Shown here: positions 1 through 8,477 of the stretch, in pieces
Position numbering within the stretch: position 1 is the first letter of the stretch
How the letters are laid out: each line of letters opens with the position of its first letter
NCBI GenBank assembly: GCA_965649115.1
Contig: CBFGJN010000004.1
Location: forward strand, 1-35,810
Origin: a candidate division WOR-3 bacterium
GTDB taxonomy: Bacteria > Hydrothermota > Hydrothermia > LBFQ01 > DSFT01
Direction: 5' to 3'
DNA: 35,810 bases
The notes under the pieces: model-generated
The model's database searches: none
Told to the model about the DNA's origin: nothing
Seen by the model: the letters and a program-made list of their open reading frames with translations, nothing else
Made by a program: the position numbers and the translations under genes

Positions 1-17
1 TGAAAAATTGAAAACTT

Positions 18-32
18 ATGCTTTAAAATTTT
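18..32 (+). promoter_or_regulatory. Putative CRISPR leader promoter (-10 TAAAAT at 24-29)
   Basis: ATGCTTTAAAATTTT is the same -10 context seen upstream of most transcription units in the window; it lies ~70 nt before the first repeat. Confidence 0.55.
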
Positions 33-96
33 GGTGCTGGACGACTTGTTATATACATCGTCGTAAGGTGGTCAAGGGGTAAAAGGCAAGGCACGG

Positions 97-325
97 GTTT
101 TTATCGTCCCTATAAGGGATTGAAACAATGTTTTGAAAACAATTCTTCTGTGAGATATTTTAGTTTTTATCGTCCCTATAAGGGATTGAAACTTCATCAA
201 ATAGTTGCTGAAATTTCCATCCATCTTCGTTTTTATCGTCCCTATAAGGGATTGAAACGCAAAGTCAATAATGTCAAACCTGTGGTAGTCCCAAAGTTTT
301 TATCGTCCCTATAAGGGATTGAAAC
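97..325 (+). CRISPR. CRISPR array, 4 identical 30-bp repeats and 3 spacers (36, 36, 37 bp)
   Basis: GTTTTTATCGTCCCTATAAGGGATTGAAAC at 97-126, 163-192, 229-258, 296-325; internal TCCCT-ATA-AGGGA stem; 3' ATTGAAAC handle typical of Cas6-processed type I/III repeats; extra GGGATTGAAAC at 326-336; no cas genes in the window. Confidence 0.97.
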
Positions 326-335
326 GGGATTGAAA

Positions 336-2792
336 CTAATCTGACTTTTTAACTAATTTATATAGGATTTCCAATGCTTGTTTAGGTGTTATTTCATCAG
401 GATTTATATCAATTTCAATTGGACTATTTGAAATTTTAAAATTTAGTAAAATCTCATTTGCTCTATTTATAATCCATTCTGGAATGCCTGCTAATTTAGC
501 GACATATATTCCATAACTTTTATCAGATGAACCTCTTATAACCTTTCTTGTAAAAATAACATTATCCTCAAATTCTTTTACTTCCATACAATAATTTTTA
601 ATGCCTTTTATCTCATTTTCAAGTTTTGTTAATTCATAATAATGGGTTGCAAATAATGTTTTAGCCTTTATGTAATTTTGAATATATTCAATAATTGCTC
701 TTGCAATTGCTATACCATCATATGTAGAAGTTCCTTTTCCTACCTCATCTAAAATAATAAAGCTTTTTTCAGTGCTATTATTTAAAATATAGGCTGTTTC
801 TATCATTTCCGCCATAAATGTTGATACACCTGAACTTATATCATCACTTGCTCCAACTCTACTAAAAATTCTATCAACAATATGAATATTAACTTTTTTT
901 GCGGGAACAAAAAAACCACACTGTGAAAGTAATATAATAATAGCATTTTGTCTTAAATAAGTTGATTTTCCTGACATATTTGGTCCTGTTAGTATAATTG
1001 CATTATTTTCATTGTTAAGAAATAAATTATTTGGCACAAATTCATCATTTAAAGCTTCTACGATAGGATGTCTTCCATCAATAATTTCAATTATTCCATC
1101 ATCATTAAATTCAGGTCTTGACCAATTATTTTCAATACTAATTTGTGCTATTGAGCAATTTAAATCAACCTCCCCTAAAAATTCAAAAAATAATCTTAAA
1201 TCTTTTGAAAATTCTAAAATTTTTCTTCTTAAATTGTTATATATCTCCTTTTCAATAGTTAAAATTTTTTCTTTTGCATAAGCAATATCTTTTTCAATTT
1301 CTATAATTTTCTTATTTTTGAATCTCAAAGTATTTACAAGTGTTTGGATGCCCTCCCAATCGCTTGGAACTTTATCTTTATAAGATTTTGTAATTTCAAT
1401 ATAATAACCATAAACTTCATTATAACCAATTCTTAAAGTTGGTATTTTTGTTCTTTCCTTTTCATATTTTTCAATTTCTGAAATAAGTTTTTCACTTTCA
1501 TATAAAATTTTTCTATATTTGTCAAGCTCCTCATTTATACCATCTCTAATAACATTTCCATCTGAAAAATTGTAAGGTGGATTATCTGAAAGTGTTTTGA
1601 TAATTTCATCTGAAATTTCTTTAAGTTTATCAATGTTTTTAAAGAATTTCTCAAAAGGTTGTAAATCTTTTAATATATCGTAAATATCTATCCAACTTTT
1701 AATTGAATAGGCAAATTTTAATAGTTCAATTGGTGGAATTCTATTAGCTGATATTTTTCCAAGTTTTCTTTCAGGGTCACCTATAAGTTCTAAAATTTTT
1801 TGAATAGTTCTTAATTTATCTTTAAATGTTATAAGTGCCTCAATTCTATTTAATCTTAAATTAATTTTTTCAAAATTAATATATGGATTACTTAAAGCTT
1901 TCCTTAAAGCTCTTGAGCCGACTGGTGTTTTCGTTTTATTTAAAATTGAAAATAAATTTATTCCTTTTGAATCTGCTCTAATGCTTTCAAAAATTTCAAG
2001 ATTTCTAATTGTTTGCTTATCTATATTCATATAAACACTTAAATTACCAATTTTAATAAACTTTATGTGATTTAATGAATGCGGTTTATTTAATTTCAAA
2101 TACTTAATTAAAACAGCAATACTTCTAATTGCTAAATTTGGAACTTTTAATCCAAAATAAGATGTTGGCTCTTTTTTGAAAAAATCTTTGAAAACTTCAA
2201 TAGCAGTTATATATTCATATTCAATTTGAGGAAATTTTACAATATGAGCATTTTTAAGTTCTAAATTCAAATTTTCGGGAATAATAATTTCCTTTACTTC
2301 AATTTTATTTAAAAACTCAAAAATTTTGTTTAATTTATCTTCATAAACTGTTAGTTCTCCTGTTGAAATATCAAGGACAGCAAGACCACAATTTTGTCCA
2401 AATTGATATAGACTTGAAATGTAGTTGTTTTCATTTTCATTTAGAAAATCCTCATCAATAATAGTTCCAGGGGTTAAAACTTCAATAACTTCTCTTTTCA
2501 TTAAATTTTTCGTTTCCATTTCATCCATTTGTTCAGCAATTGCAACTTTTAAACCAAAACTTAATAATTTTTTTATATAAACATTTGCAGACTTTACAGG
2601 GATTCCACACATGGGAACTCTTAAATCCTTACCCATTGGCTTGCTTGTTAATGTTAAATTTAATAGTTTTGAAACTTTATATGCATCATCTAAAAACATT
2701 TCGTAAAAATCACCAAGTCTAAAAAGTAATATCGCATCTTGATATTTTTCTTTCAGTTTTTTATATTGATTGTAAATTGGCGATGCTTTCAT
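336..2792 (-). CDS. mutS: DNA mismatch repair protein MutS
   Basis: N-terminal LFRLGDFYEMF, Walker A TGPNMSGKST, STFMAEM, LDEVGKGTS, FATHYYEL, SYGIYVAKLAG. Confidence 0.97.
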   Translation of the reverse strand: MKASPIYNQYKKLKEKYQDAILLFRLGDFYEMFLDDAYKVSKLLNLTLTSKPMGKDLRVPMCGIPVKSANVYIKKLLSFGLKVAIAEQMDEMETKNLMKREVIEVLTPGTIIDEDFLNENENNYISSLYQFGQNCGLAVLDISTGELTVYEDKLNKIFEFLNKIEVKEIIIPENLNLELKNAHIVKFPQIEYEYITAIEVFKDFFKKEPTSYFGLKVPNLAIRSIAVLIKYLKLNKPHSLNHIKFIKIGNLSVYMNIDKQTIRNLEIFESIRADSKGINLFSILNKTKTPVGSRALRKALSNPYINFEKINLRLNRIEALITFKDKLRTIQKILELIGDPERKLGKISANRIPPIELLKFAYSIKSWIDIYDILKDLQPFEKFFKNIDKLKEISDEIIKTLSDNPPYNFSDGNVIRDGINEELDKYRKILYESEKLISEIEKYEKERTKIPTLRIGYNEVYGYYIEITKSYKDKVPSDWEGIQTLVNTLRFKNKKIIEIEKDIAYAKEKILTIEKEIYNNLRRKILEFSKDLRLFFEFLGEVDLNCSIAQISIENNWSRPEFNDDGIIEIIDGRHPIVEALNDEFVPNNLFLNNENNAIILTGPNMSGKSTYLRQNAIIILLSQCGFFVPAKKVNIHIVDRIFSRVGASDDISSGVSTFMAEMIETAYILNNSTEKSFIILDEVGKGTSTYDGIAIARAIIEYIQNYIKAKTLFATHYYELTKLENEIKGIKNYCMEVKEFEDNVIFTRKVIRGSSDKSYGIYVAKLAGIPEWIINRANEILLNFKISNSPIEIDINPDEITPKQALEILYKLVKKSD

Positions 2793-2881
2793 AATTTAAA
2801 ATTTTAAAGCAAACAATAAATGGAGTATTTTAAAAGCGTAGCCTTATAATTTTTCTTAACTTTAAAATTTTAAGCTATTTT

Positions 2882-3574
2882 ATGAAACTTCTATATGAAG
2901 GAAAGTCCAAGAGAGTTTATGAATTTTCGCAGAACGAAGTAGTTTTAGAATTTAAGGATAATGCTACTGCTTTTAATGCTCAAAAACATCAAGAATTTAA
3001 AGATAAGGGTAAAATAAATTGTTTATTTTCTGAATTTTTCTTCAAGTTATTAAGTGATATGGGCATAAAAAATCACTTTATTAGAAAATTAAATGATAAT
3101 CAAATGTTATGTAAGAAAGTTGAAATTTTAAAAATTGAAGTTGTTATTAGGAATATAGCGACAGGCTCAATTGTAAGAAGACTTGGAATAGAAAATGGTT
3201 TTGAATTTCAGGAACCATTAATTGAATTCTTCTATAAAGATGATAAATTGAATGACCCAATTTTATGTAAGGAGCATATAAAAATTTTAAAATTAGCAAA
3301 TGATGAAGAAATAAAAACTATGGAAAATATAGCTTTCAAATCAAATGAAATTTTAAAATCATTTTTTGAAAAATTTAATTTAAAACTTGTAGATATAAAA
3401 TTTGAATTTGGAAGATATAATAATGAAATCGTTTTAGCAGACGAAATTTCTCCTGATATTTTTAGAGTTTGGGATAATTTTGGAAATAGTTATGATAAAG
3501 ATGTTTTTAGATTTGAAAAAGGAAATTTAATTGAAGCTTATAAAAGACTTGGAGAAATTATAGGAATTTTATGA
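2882..3574 (+). CDS. purC: SAICAR synthase
   Basis: LYEGKSK, EVVIRNIATGS, FFYKDDKLNDP, LVDIKFEFG, LADEISPD motifs. Confidence 0.96.
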   Translation: MKLLYEGKSKRVYEFSQNEVVLEFKDNATAFNAQKHQEFKDKGKINCLFSEFFFKLLSDMGIKNHFIRKLNDNQMLCKKVEILKIEVVIRNIATGSIVRRLGIENGFEFQEPLIEFFYKDDKLNDPILCKEHIKILKLANDEEIKTMENIAFKSNEILKSFFEKFNLKLVDIKFEFGRYNNEIVLADEISPDIFRVWDNFGNSYDKDVFRFEKGNLIEAYKRLGEIIGIL

Positions 3575-3975
3575 TAGGTATTGTTGTTTCTGAATTTAAT
3601 AAAATTATTACTGAAAAATTATTAGAAGGAGCAAAAAAGGTTTTAGAAGAGAATCATTATAATTATGAAATTTATTTTGTAAATGGCTCATTTGAAATTC
3701 CTATTATGATAAAACTTTTAAGCAAAAAGAAGAAATTTGATGGATTTATTGCTATTGGATGTATCATAAAGGGAGAAACGGAACATTATAAATATATAGC
3801 AAAATCCGTTAGTTATGGAATTATGAAATTATCGCTTGAATTGGAAATTCCAATAACATTTTCTATATTAACAGTTGATAATTTAGAGCAAGCTTTAAAT
3901 AGAGCAGGTGGAAAATTTGGAAATAAAGGAGAAGAATCAGCAAAAGCTCTTATTAAAATTCTAAAAAATCTATGA
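3571..3975 (+). CDS. ribH: 6,7-dimethyl-8-ribityllumazine synthase
   Basis: IVVSEFN, GSFEIP, IKGETEH, RAGGKFGNKG motifs; ATGA overlap with purC. Confidence 0.93.
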   Translation: MIGIVVSEFNKIITEKLLEGAKKVLEENHYNYEIYFVNGSFEIPIMIKLLSKKKKFDGFIAIGCIIKGETEHYKYIAKSVSYGIMKLSLELEIPITFSILTVDNLEQALNRAGGKFGNKGEESAKALIKILKNL

Positions 3976-4808
3976 AGTTTTCTTTAATTATGGCAACTTA
4001 TGGAAGGAGTAATGAAATAAGAAATTTTTTAATTTCTTTAAAAAATCAAACCTATAAAAACTTTGAACTTATCGTAATAGACCAAAATGAGGATGAAAAA
4101 GCATATAAAGTTATTAAAGAATTTGAAAATGATTTTGAAGTTAAGTGCTTTAAGGTTAATTTCAAAGGACTTTCAAAAGCAAGAAATTACGGAATGAATT
4201 ACATTAGTGGAGATATTATTGCTTTTCCTGATGATGATTGTGAATACCCGAGCAATTTATTAGAGAATGTTAGGAGTTTTTTTGAAAAAAATTCTAGGTA
4301 TCATATACTTTGTGTTTTTGCTATTGATAAGAATAACAATAAGGAATCATTAGGCAGATGGTTTAAAAGTTCAAAAAATATTTATATAACGAATTTTATG
4401 AGAGTTTGTCCTTCACCTTGCTTATTTATAAGAAATAATGAGAGATTTTATTTTGATGAAAATTTTGGCTTAAATTCTAAATATAAATCATCAGAAGAAA
4501 TGGATTTAATTTTTAGACTATTAAAAAAAGGCTATAAAGGCTATTTTGAAAGAAATTTATTTATTTACCATCCGTATAAAGAAAATTCAAAAGAAAGAGC
4601 ATATTATTATGGTATTGGAATGGGTGCCTTTTTCAGAAAACATTTAAAAAGTGATTTTAAATTATTATTTCCTTTTGTTGAAAATTTAATAATTAGACCA
4701 ATAGGTGGAATGATTTTAAATGGAATAACTTTAAGAAAAGAAAAATTTTTTAAAAATTTATATGGTTTTATTGGAAGGTGGAAGGGATTTGTGAGTTATG
4801 ATAATTGA
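3972..4808 (+). CDS. Glycosyltransferase family 2
   Basis: SLIMATYGR, ELIVIDQ, GLSKARNYG, IAFPDDD (DxD) motifs. Confidence 0.9.
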   Translation: MKFSLIMATYGRSNEIRNFLISLKNQTYKNFELIVIDQNEDEKAYKVIKEFENDFEVKCFKVNFKGLSKARNYGMNYISGDIIAFPDDDCEYPSNLLENVRSFFEKNSRYHILCVFAIDKNNNKESLGRWFKSSKNIYITNFMRVCPSPCLFIRNNERFYFDENFGLNSKYKSSEEMDLIFRLLKKGYKGYFERNLFIYHPYKENSKERAYYYGIGMGAFFRKHLKSDFKLLFPFVENLIIRPIGGMILNGITLRKEKFFKNLYGFIGRWKGFVSYDN

Positions 4809-5847
4809 TACACTGATTGTAAATAGGAAAGTTTCAGGTATTGGCTCTTATACAATAAATTTATTAAAACATCTTAAAAAGTACATCCATTTTAAAGTTC
4901 TAACGCACTTACCAGAAATTTTTGGAAATAATTACGATTTTATTTTAGCACCAAGAATTTTAGAAAATAATCCTATTTTAAGGCATTTGTATTTACAAAC
5001 AATTATCCTTAAAGAACCTATTTTTAGGACTTATCATTCAATTTCATTATTTAACAAAGGATTACAAATTATTACAATTCACGATATTCTACCTATTTTA
5101 TTTCCACAAAGGTATAAAGAGCAATACTACTTTTTCAATTTCCTTTTAAAACCATTCATAAAAAAAATTGATTTCATCTTTACAGTTTCAAAAAAATCAA
5201 AGGAAGATATAATCAAATTCTTTAATGTTAATGAGGAGAAAGTAAAAGTTTTTTATCCTTCTTATGATGAAGAACTTTTTAAGCCAATTGAAAATTATGA
5301 AGAAGTTTTAAATTTTAAGAGGAAAATGAAATTGGATAATTATTTTTTAATAGTTGGGGCACAATTTAAACATAAAAATGTTGAAATAGCTATTAAAGTT
5401 ATGAAATTTTTTAAGGATTTTAAACTTGTTATTGTCGGAACAAGAAAACCTTATGAAAATGAATTGAAAAAACTAATACATGAACTTAATCTTGAAGAAA
5501 GAATAATAATTTTTGATTATTTAGATGCGAAAAATTTAAAATTTCTATATTCAGGAAGTTTATTATTATTATTTCCTTCAAAATATGAAGGATTTGGAAT
5601 ACCCGTTCTTGAAGCTATGGCTATGGGTGTTCCTGTTATAGGAACGAAAGCTGTTGAAGAAGCAGGAGGAGATGCTATTGAATATGCAGATTTTGATGAT
5701 ATTGATAGTTGGAAGTTTGCTATTGAAAAGGTTTTAAATAAAAGAGAAAGTTATATTATTAAAGGATTTGAAAGAATTAAAAATTTCAGTTGGGATAAAA
5801 CTGCTTATGAAATTTCAATGTTTTTCAAAAATAATGGAATTGTTTAA
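4798..5847 (+). CDS. Glycosyltransferase family 4 (GT-B)
   Basis: ITIHDILP, HKN, FPSKYEGFGIPVLEAMAMGVPVI, FSWDKTA. Confidence 0.92.
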   Translation: MIIDTLIVNRKVSGIGSYTINLLKHLKKYIHFKVLTHLPEIFGNNYDFILAPRILENNPILRHLYLQTIILKEPIFRTYHSISLFNKGLQIITIHDILPILFPQRYKEQYYFFNFLLKPFIKKIDFIFTVSKKSKEDIIKFFNVNEEKVKVFYPSYDEELFKPIENYEEVLNFKRKMKLDNYFLIVGAQFKHKNVEIAIKVMKFFKDFKLVIVGTRKPYENELKKLIHELNLEERIIIFDYLDAKNLKFLYSGSLLLLFPSKYEGFGIPVLEAMAMGVPVIGTKAVEEAGGDAIEYADFDDIDSWKFAIEKVLNKRESYIIKGFERIKNFSWDKTAYEISMFFKNNGIV

Positions 5848-5899
5848 TTAAATGTTAAGTCTTTGAATATCAATAACTTGTTAAAGTTTTAAGGAAAGA

Positions 5900-6102
5900 A
5901 GCTTTGTCTAATAATTATTGCTAAATGTTTGATTATCAATAACTTACAAAAATTTTAAAGAAATTATTGATTTATCGGGGGGATTTTAGGGGGGCGGAGC
6001 CCCCACAGCCGAAAAATGGGCATTTTAAAGGCGTAGCCTTTATTTCAGGGCGGGTGGGCAAAATAAGAAAAATAAATACTTTCAGAATTCTTAGACACAG
6101 CA
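5900..6102 (+). mobile_element. MITE copy E1 (203 bp, orientation A)
   Basis: Ends AGCTTTGTCTAATAATT / AATTCTTAGACACAGCA; flanks aaggaaaga (5891-5899) and caggaaaga (6103-6111) form an 8/9 direct repeat; similar along its length to the other copies. Confidence 0.88.
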
Positions 6103-6139
6103 CAGGAAAGACATTTATAAACCTTAAAATTTTCAAACT

Positions 6140-7492
6140 TTGAGAATTTCTTATGTTTTAATTCCAGAAATTATTGAAGCAATAGAAAATAAAGACTTTA
6201 AGTCTTTAAAAGCATTAGTCCAAAATTTACACCCTTTTGATATTGCAGAAATTGTTGAAGATTTGGAACCTAATAAAGCGGTTCTTATATTAAGACTCTT
6301 AGATAGTGAAAAATGCTCTGATGTTTTAACTTATTTAGAAGGAGATAAATTGGAAGAGATTATTAAAAGCTTTTCTGATAAACAAATTTTGGAATTATTT
6401 GAAGAAATTGATGATGATGATAAAGTTGCTTTGTTTGAGGAATTACCACCATATCTTGTTCAAAGAATTATTTCAATTTTACCAAAAGAAGAGAAAGAAG
6501 TTGCTCTTAAATTGTTAAATTATCCTGAGAATTCTTGTGGTAGGATAATGAACACAGATTTTGTTTCAATAGAAGAAAATTTAAATATATTTCAAGCTAT
6601 TGAAATTATTAAGAAAAGTGATGTTTCAGATGAGGCATTAGTTAGTATATTTGTTATAACGAAGGAAGGAAAACTAAAAGGTTATGTTAAAATTACAAAA
6701 TTATTGAGAAGTGATTTTAACTTAACATTATCTGAAATTTGTGAAAGCATTGTTTCAGTTTCTGCCTATGATGACAAGGAAACTGCTGCAAAAATAATGA
6801 AAAACTACGATTTATTTGTCCTTCCAGTTGTAGATAAAGAAAGTAGAATGTTAGGCGTTATAACAATAGACGATATTGTTGATATTATTGAAGAAGAGGC
6901 AACAGAGGATATATATAGATTTGTAGGTTTAATTGACCCCGAAGCAAGATACTTTGATTTATCTTATAGAGAAAAAATTTTAAAAAGACTACCAGCAATT
7001 ATTTTAATGGTTATACTTGGAAATATCTCAGGTTTTGTTTTAAATAGTTATGAAAAAATTATTTCACATCTAACAATTTTAACATTCTTTTTACCAAACC
7101 TGGCTAACACTACAGGAATAATTGGCTCACAAGCTTCCGCTTTCACAATAAGAGCAATTGCAACAGGAGAAATAGAAAGAAATTTAAGGGCTTTTTTAAA
7201 ATTGTTTATTAAAGAATTTTCAACAATTTTAATCATTTCTATTATTATAGCATTGGGAATGTTTATAATAGCATTATTCAGAGGAAATTTTTTTATAAAG
7301 CTTGCAATAGTTGTAAGTTTAACTTCTATTGTTTCATCAATAATAGCTAATACTTTCGGTTTTTTAACACCACTAATTTTAAGAAAAATGAATATAGACC
7401 CTGCTGGAACCGATATTCCCTTAATTACAACAATTGGGGACGCTCTAACTTACATTACATATTTTACACTTGCCAAAATTATTTTATTTTAG
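6140..7492 (+). CDS. mgtE: Magnesium transporter MgtE
   Basis: LHPFDIAE N-domain, tandem CBS (GRIMNTDF; LPVVD..GVITIDD), TM region with IDPA and ITTIGD; TTG start. Confidence 0.95.
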   Translation: MRISYVLIPEIIEAIENKDFKSLKALVQNLHPFDIAEIVEDLEPNKAVLILRLLDSEKCSDVLTYLEGDKLEEIIKSFSDKQILELFEEIDDDDKVALFEELPPYLVQRIISILPKEEKEVALKLLNYPENSCGRIMNTDFVSIEENLNIFQAIEIIKKSDVSDEALVSIFVITKEGKLKGYVKITKLLRSDFNLTLSEICESIVSVSAYDDKETAAKIMKNYDLFVLPVVDKESRMLGVITIDDIVDIIEEEATEDIYRFVGLIDPEARYFDLSYREKILKRLPAIILMVILGNISGFVLNSYEKIISHLTILTFFLPNLANTTGIIGSQASAFTIRAIATGEIERNLRAFLKLFIKEFSTILIISIIIALGMFIIALFRGNFFIKLAIVVSLTSIVSSIIANTFGFLTPLILRKMNIDPAGTDIPLITTIGDALTYITYFTLAKIILF

Positions 7493-7493
7493 T

Positions 7494-7845
7494 GGGCAGT
7501 GGAAGGGCTAAGACTTAGGTTACTTTACTAACTTTTTCAATTCACTTGAAGCTTTGAAAGCTGGAACTTTTCTTGCTGGAATAGTTATTGTTTGACCAGT
7601 TTTAGGATTTTTACCTTTTCTTTGATTTCTTTTTCTAACTTCAAATGTTCCAAAACCAATTAATCTAACTCTTTGACCTTTTGCAAGAGCATCCTTTATT
7701 GCTGAAAATACAGCATCAACAGCAGCTTTTGCATCTTTCTTGGTTATCCCTGATCTTTTTGCTACCTCGTTTATAAGTTGTGCCTTGTTCATAGCTCACA
7801 CCTCCTTTTTAGGTTTTTTTCTTTTCCTTTTCCCTTCCACTGCCC
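7494..7845. repeat. Perfect 14-bp inverted repeat bracketing hup
   Basis: GGGCAGTGGAAGGG at 7494-7507 and its exact reverse complement CCCTTCCACTGCCC at 7832-7845. Confidence 0.9.
7520..7792 (-). CDS. hup: DNA-binding protein HU
   Basis: [37 protein letters not shown]; strong SD AAGGAGGTG upstream. Confidence 0.96.
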   Translation of the reverse strand: MNKAQLINEVAKRSGITKKDAKAAVDAVFSAIKDALAKGQRVRLIGFGTFEVRKRNQRKGKNPKTGQTITIPARKVPAFKASSELKKLVK

Positions 7846-7862
7846 TGACATCCAGTGTGAAA

Positions 7863-7892
7863 ATTTTAAAGCATCAAATTTTAAAATGTCAA
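7863..7892 (-). promoter_or_regulatory. Sigma70-type promoter of hup
   Basis: Minus strand TTGACA (7892-7887), 18-nt spacer, TAAAAT (7868-7863). Confidence 0.75.
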
Positions 7893-8237
7893 GTCATTTT
7901 TAACTTTAAATATACCCCCTATAAATTTTTTTGATTTTAAAGATTTAAGTAATAAAATGACAAATTATTTTTAATTTATTTGTTCGTAACTATATTATAA
8001 TTACAATCAAAAGGATTAGCTTTACAATACCAAAATTTTCTATAAAATAAAAATACAAAAACTAACCATTATAAGAAAATAAAAAATTTTTTATAATAAA
8101 AAATTTAAAATAGTTTTAAAATAAAATTTTATATAATTTGTCAATTTAATTCATTACTAATTTCGTAAAAAATAGTTATTTAAATAGTCAAATTAATTGT
8201 CAATAACTCATTAAAATTTTCTGAAATTGTGGGCGGG

Positions 8238-8443
8238 TGCTTTGTCCAGTAATTATTGCCTAAGTTATTGGTAGTCAAAAACCTATTAAAATTTTAATAA
8301 ATTACTTGATTTATCAGGGGTTTTAATGGGGGGCGAAGCCCCCCGAAGCCGAAAAACGGGTATTTATAAGGCGAAGCCTTATTTTCAGGGTGGGTGGGGA
8401 AAATATAGAAATAATCATATTTTTAGAATTACTAGACAAAGCA
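8238..8443 (+). mobile_element. MITE copy E2 (206 bp, orientation A)
   Basis: TIRs TGCTTTGTCCAGTAATT / AATTACTAGACAAAGCA (16/17 match); hairpins GGGGGGC-GAA-GCCCCCC and TAAGGC-GAA-GCCTTA; no target duplication visible. Confidence 0.9.
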
Positions 8444-8477
8444 CGAAAGAAAAATTAAATGCCTTAAAATTTTCAAC

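Noticed and set aside
39..64. Leader GGACGA as an anti-repeat or tracrRNA-like element
   Set aside because: Only 6 nt complementary to the repeat, and it can pair locally with TCGTC at 58-62; too short to support
120..314. 64-aa ORF in the track
   Set aside because: It is a translation of the CRISPR repeats and spacers (recurring FYRPYKGLK)
5930..5940. TTGATTATCAA as an FNR box
   Set aside because: FNR needs TTGAT-N4-ATCAA; the spacing here is N1, and the motif fits paired IHF-like boxes better
5989..6005. GGGGGGC-GGA-GCCCCC hairpins as Rho-independent terminators
   Set aside because: No U-tract, and they are fixed internal parts of the MITE regardless of upstream gene direction; incidental termination is not excluded
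6092..6097. TAGACA/TGGACA in the TIR as an outward -35 forming hybrid promoters
   Set aside because: It lies 26-27 nt from the -10 hexamer, about one helical turn too far for a 16-18 nt spacer
5848..6139. M-box riboswitch upstream of mgtE
   Set aside because: The region is fully explained by the MITE, and the -10 box lies 9 nt before the start, leaving no leader
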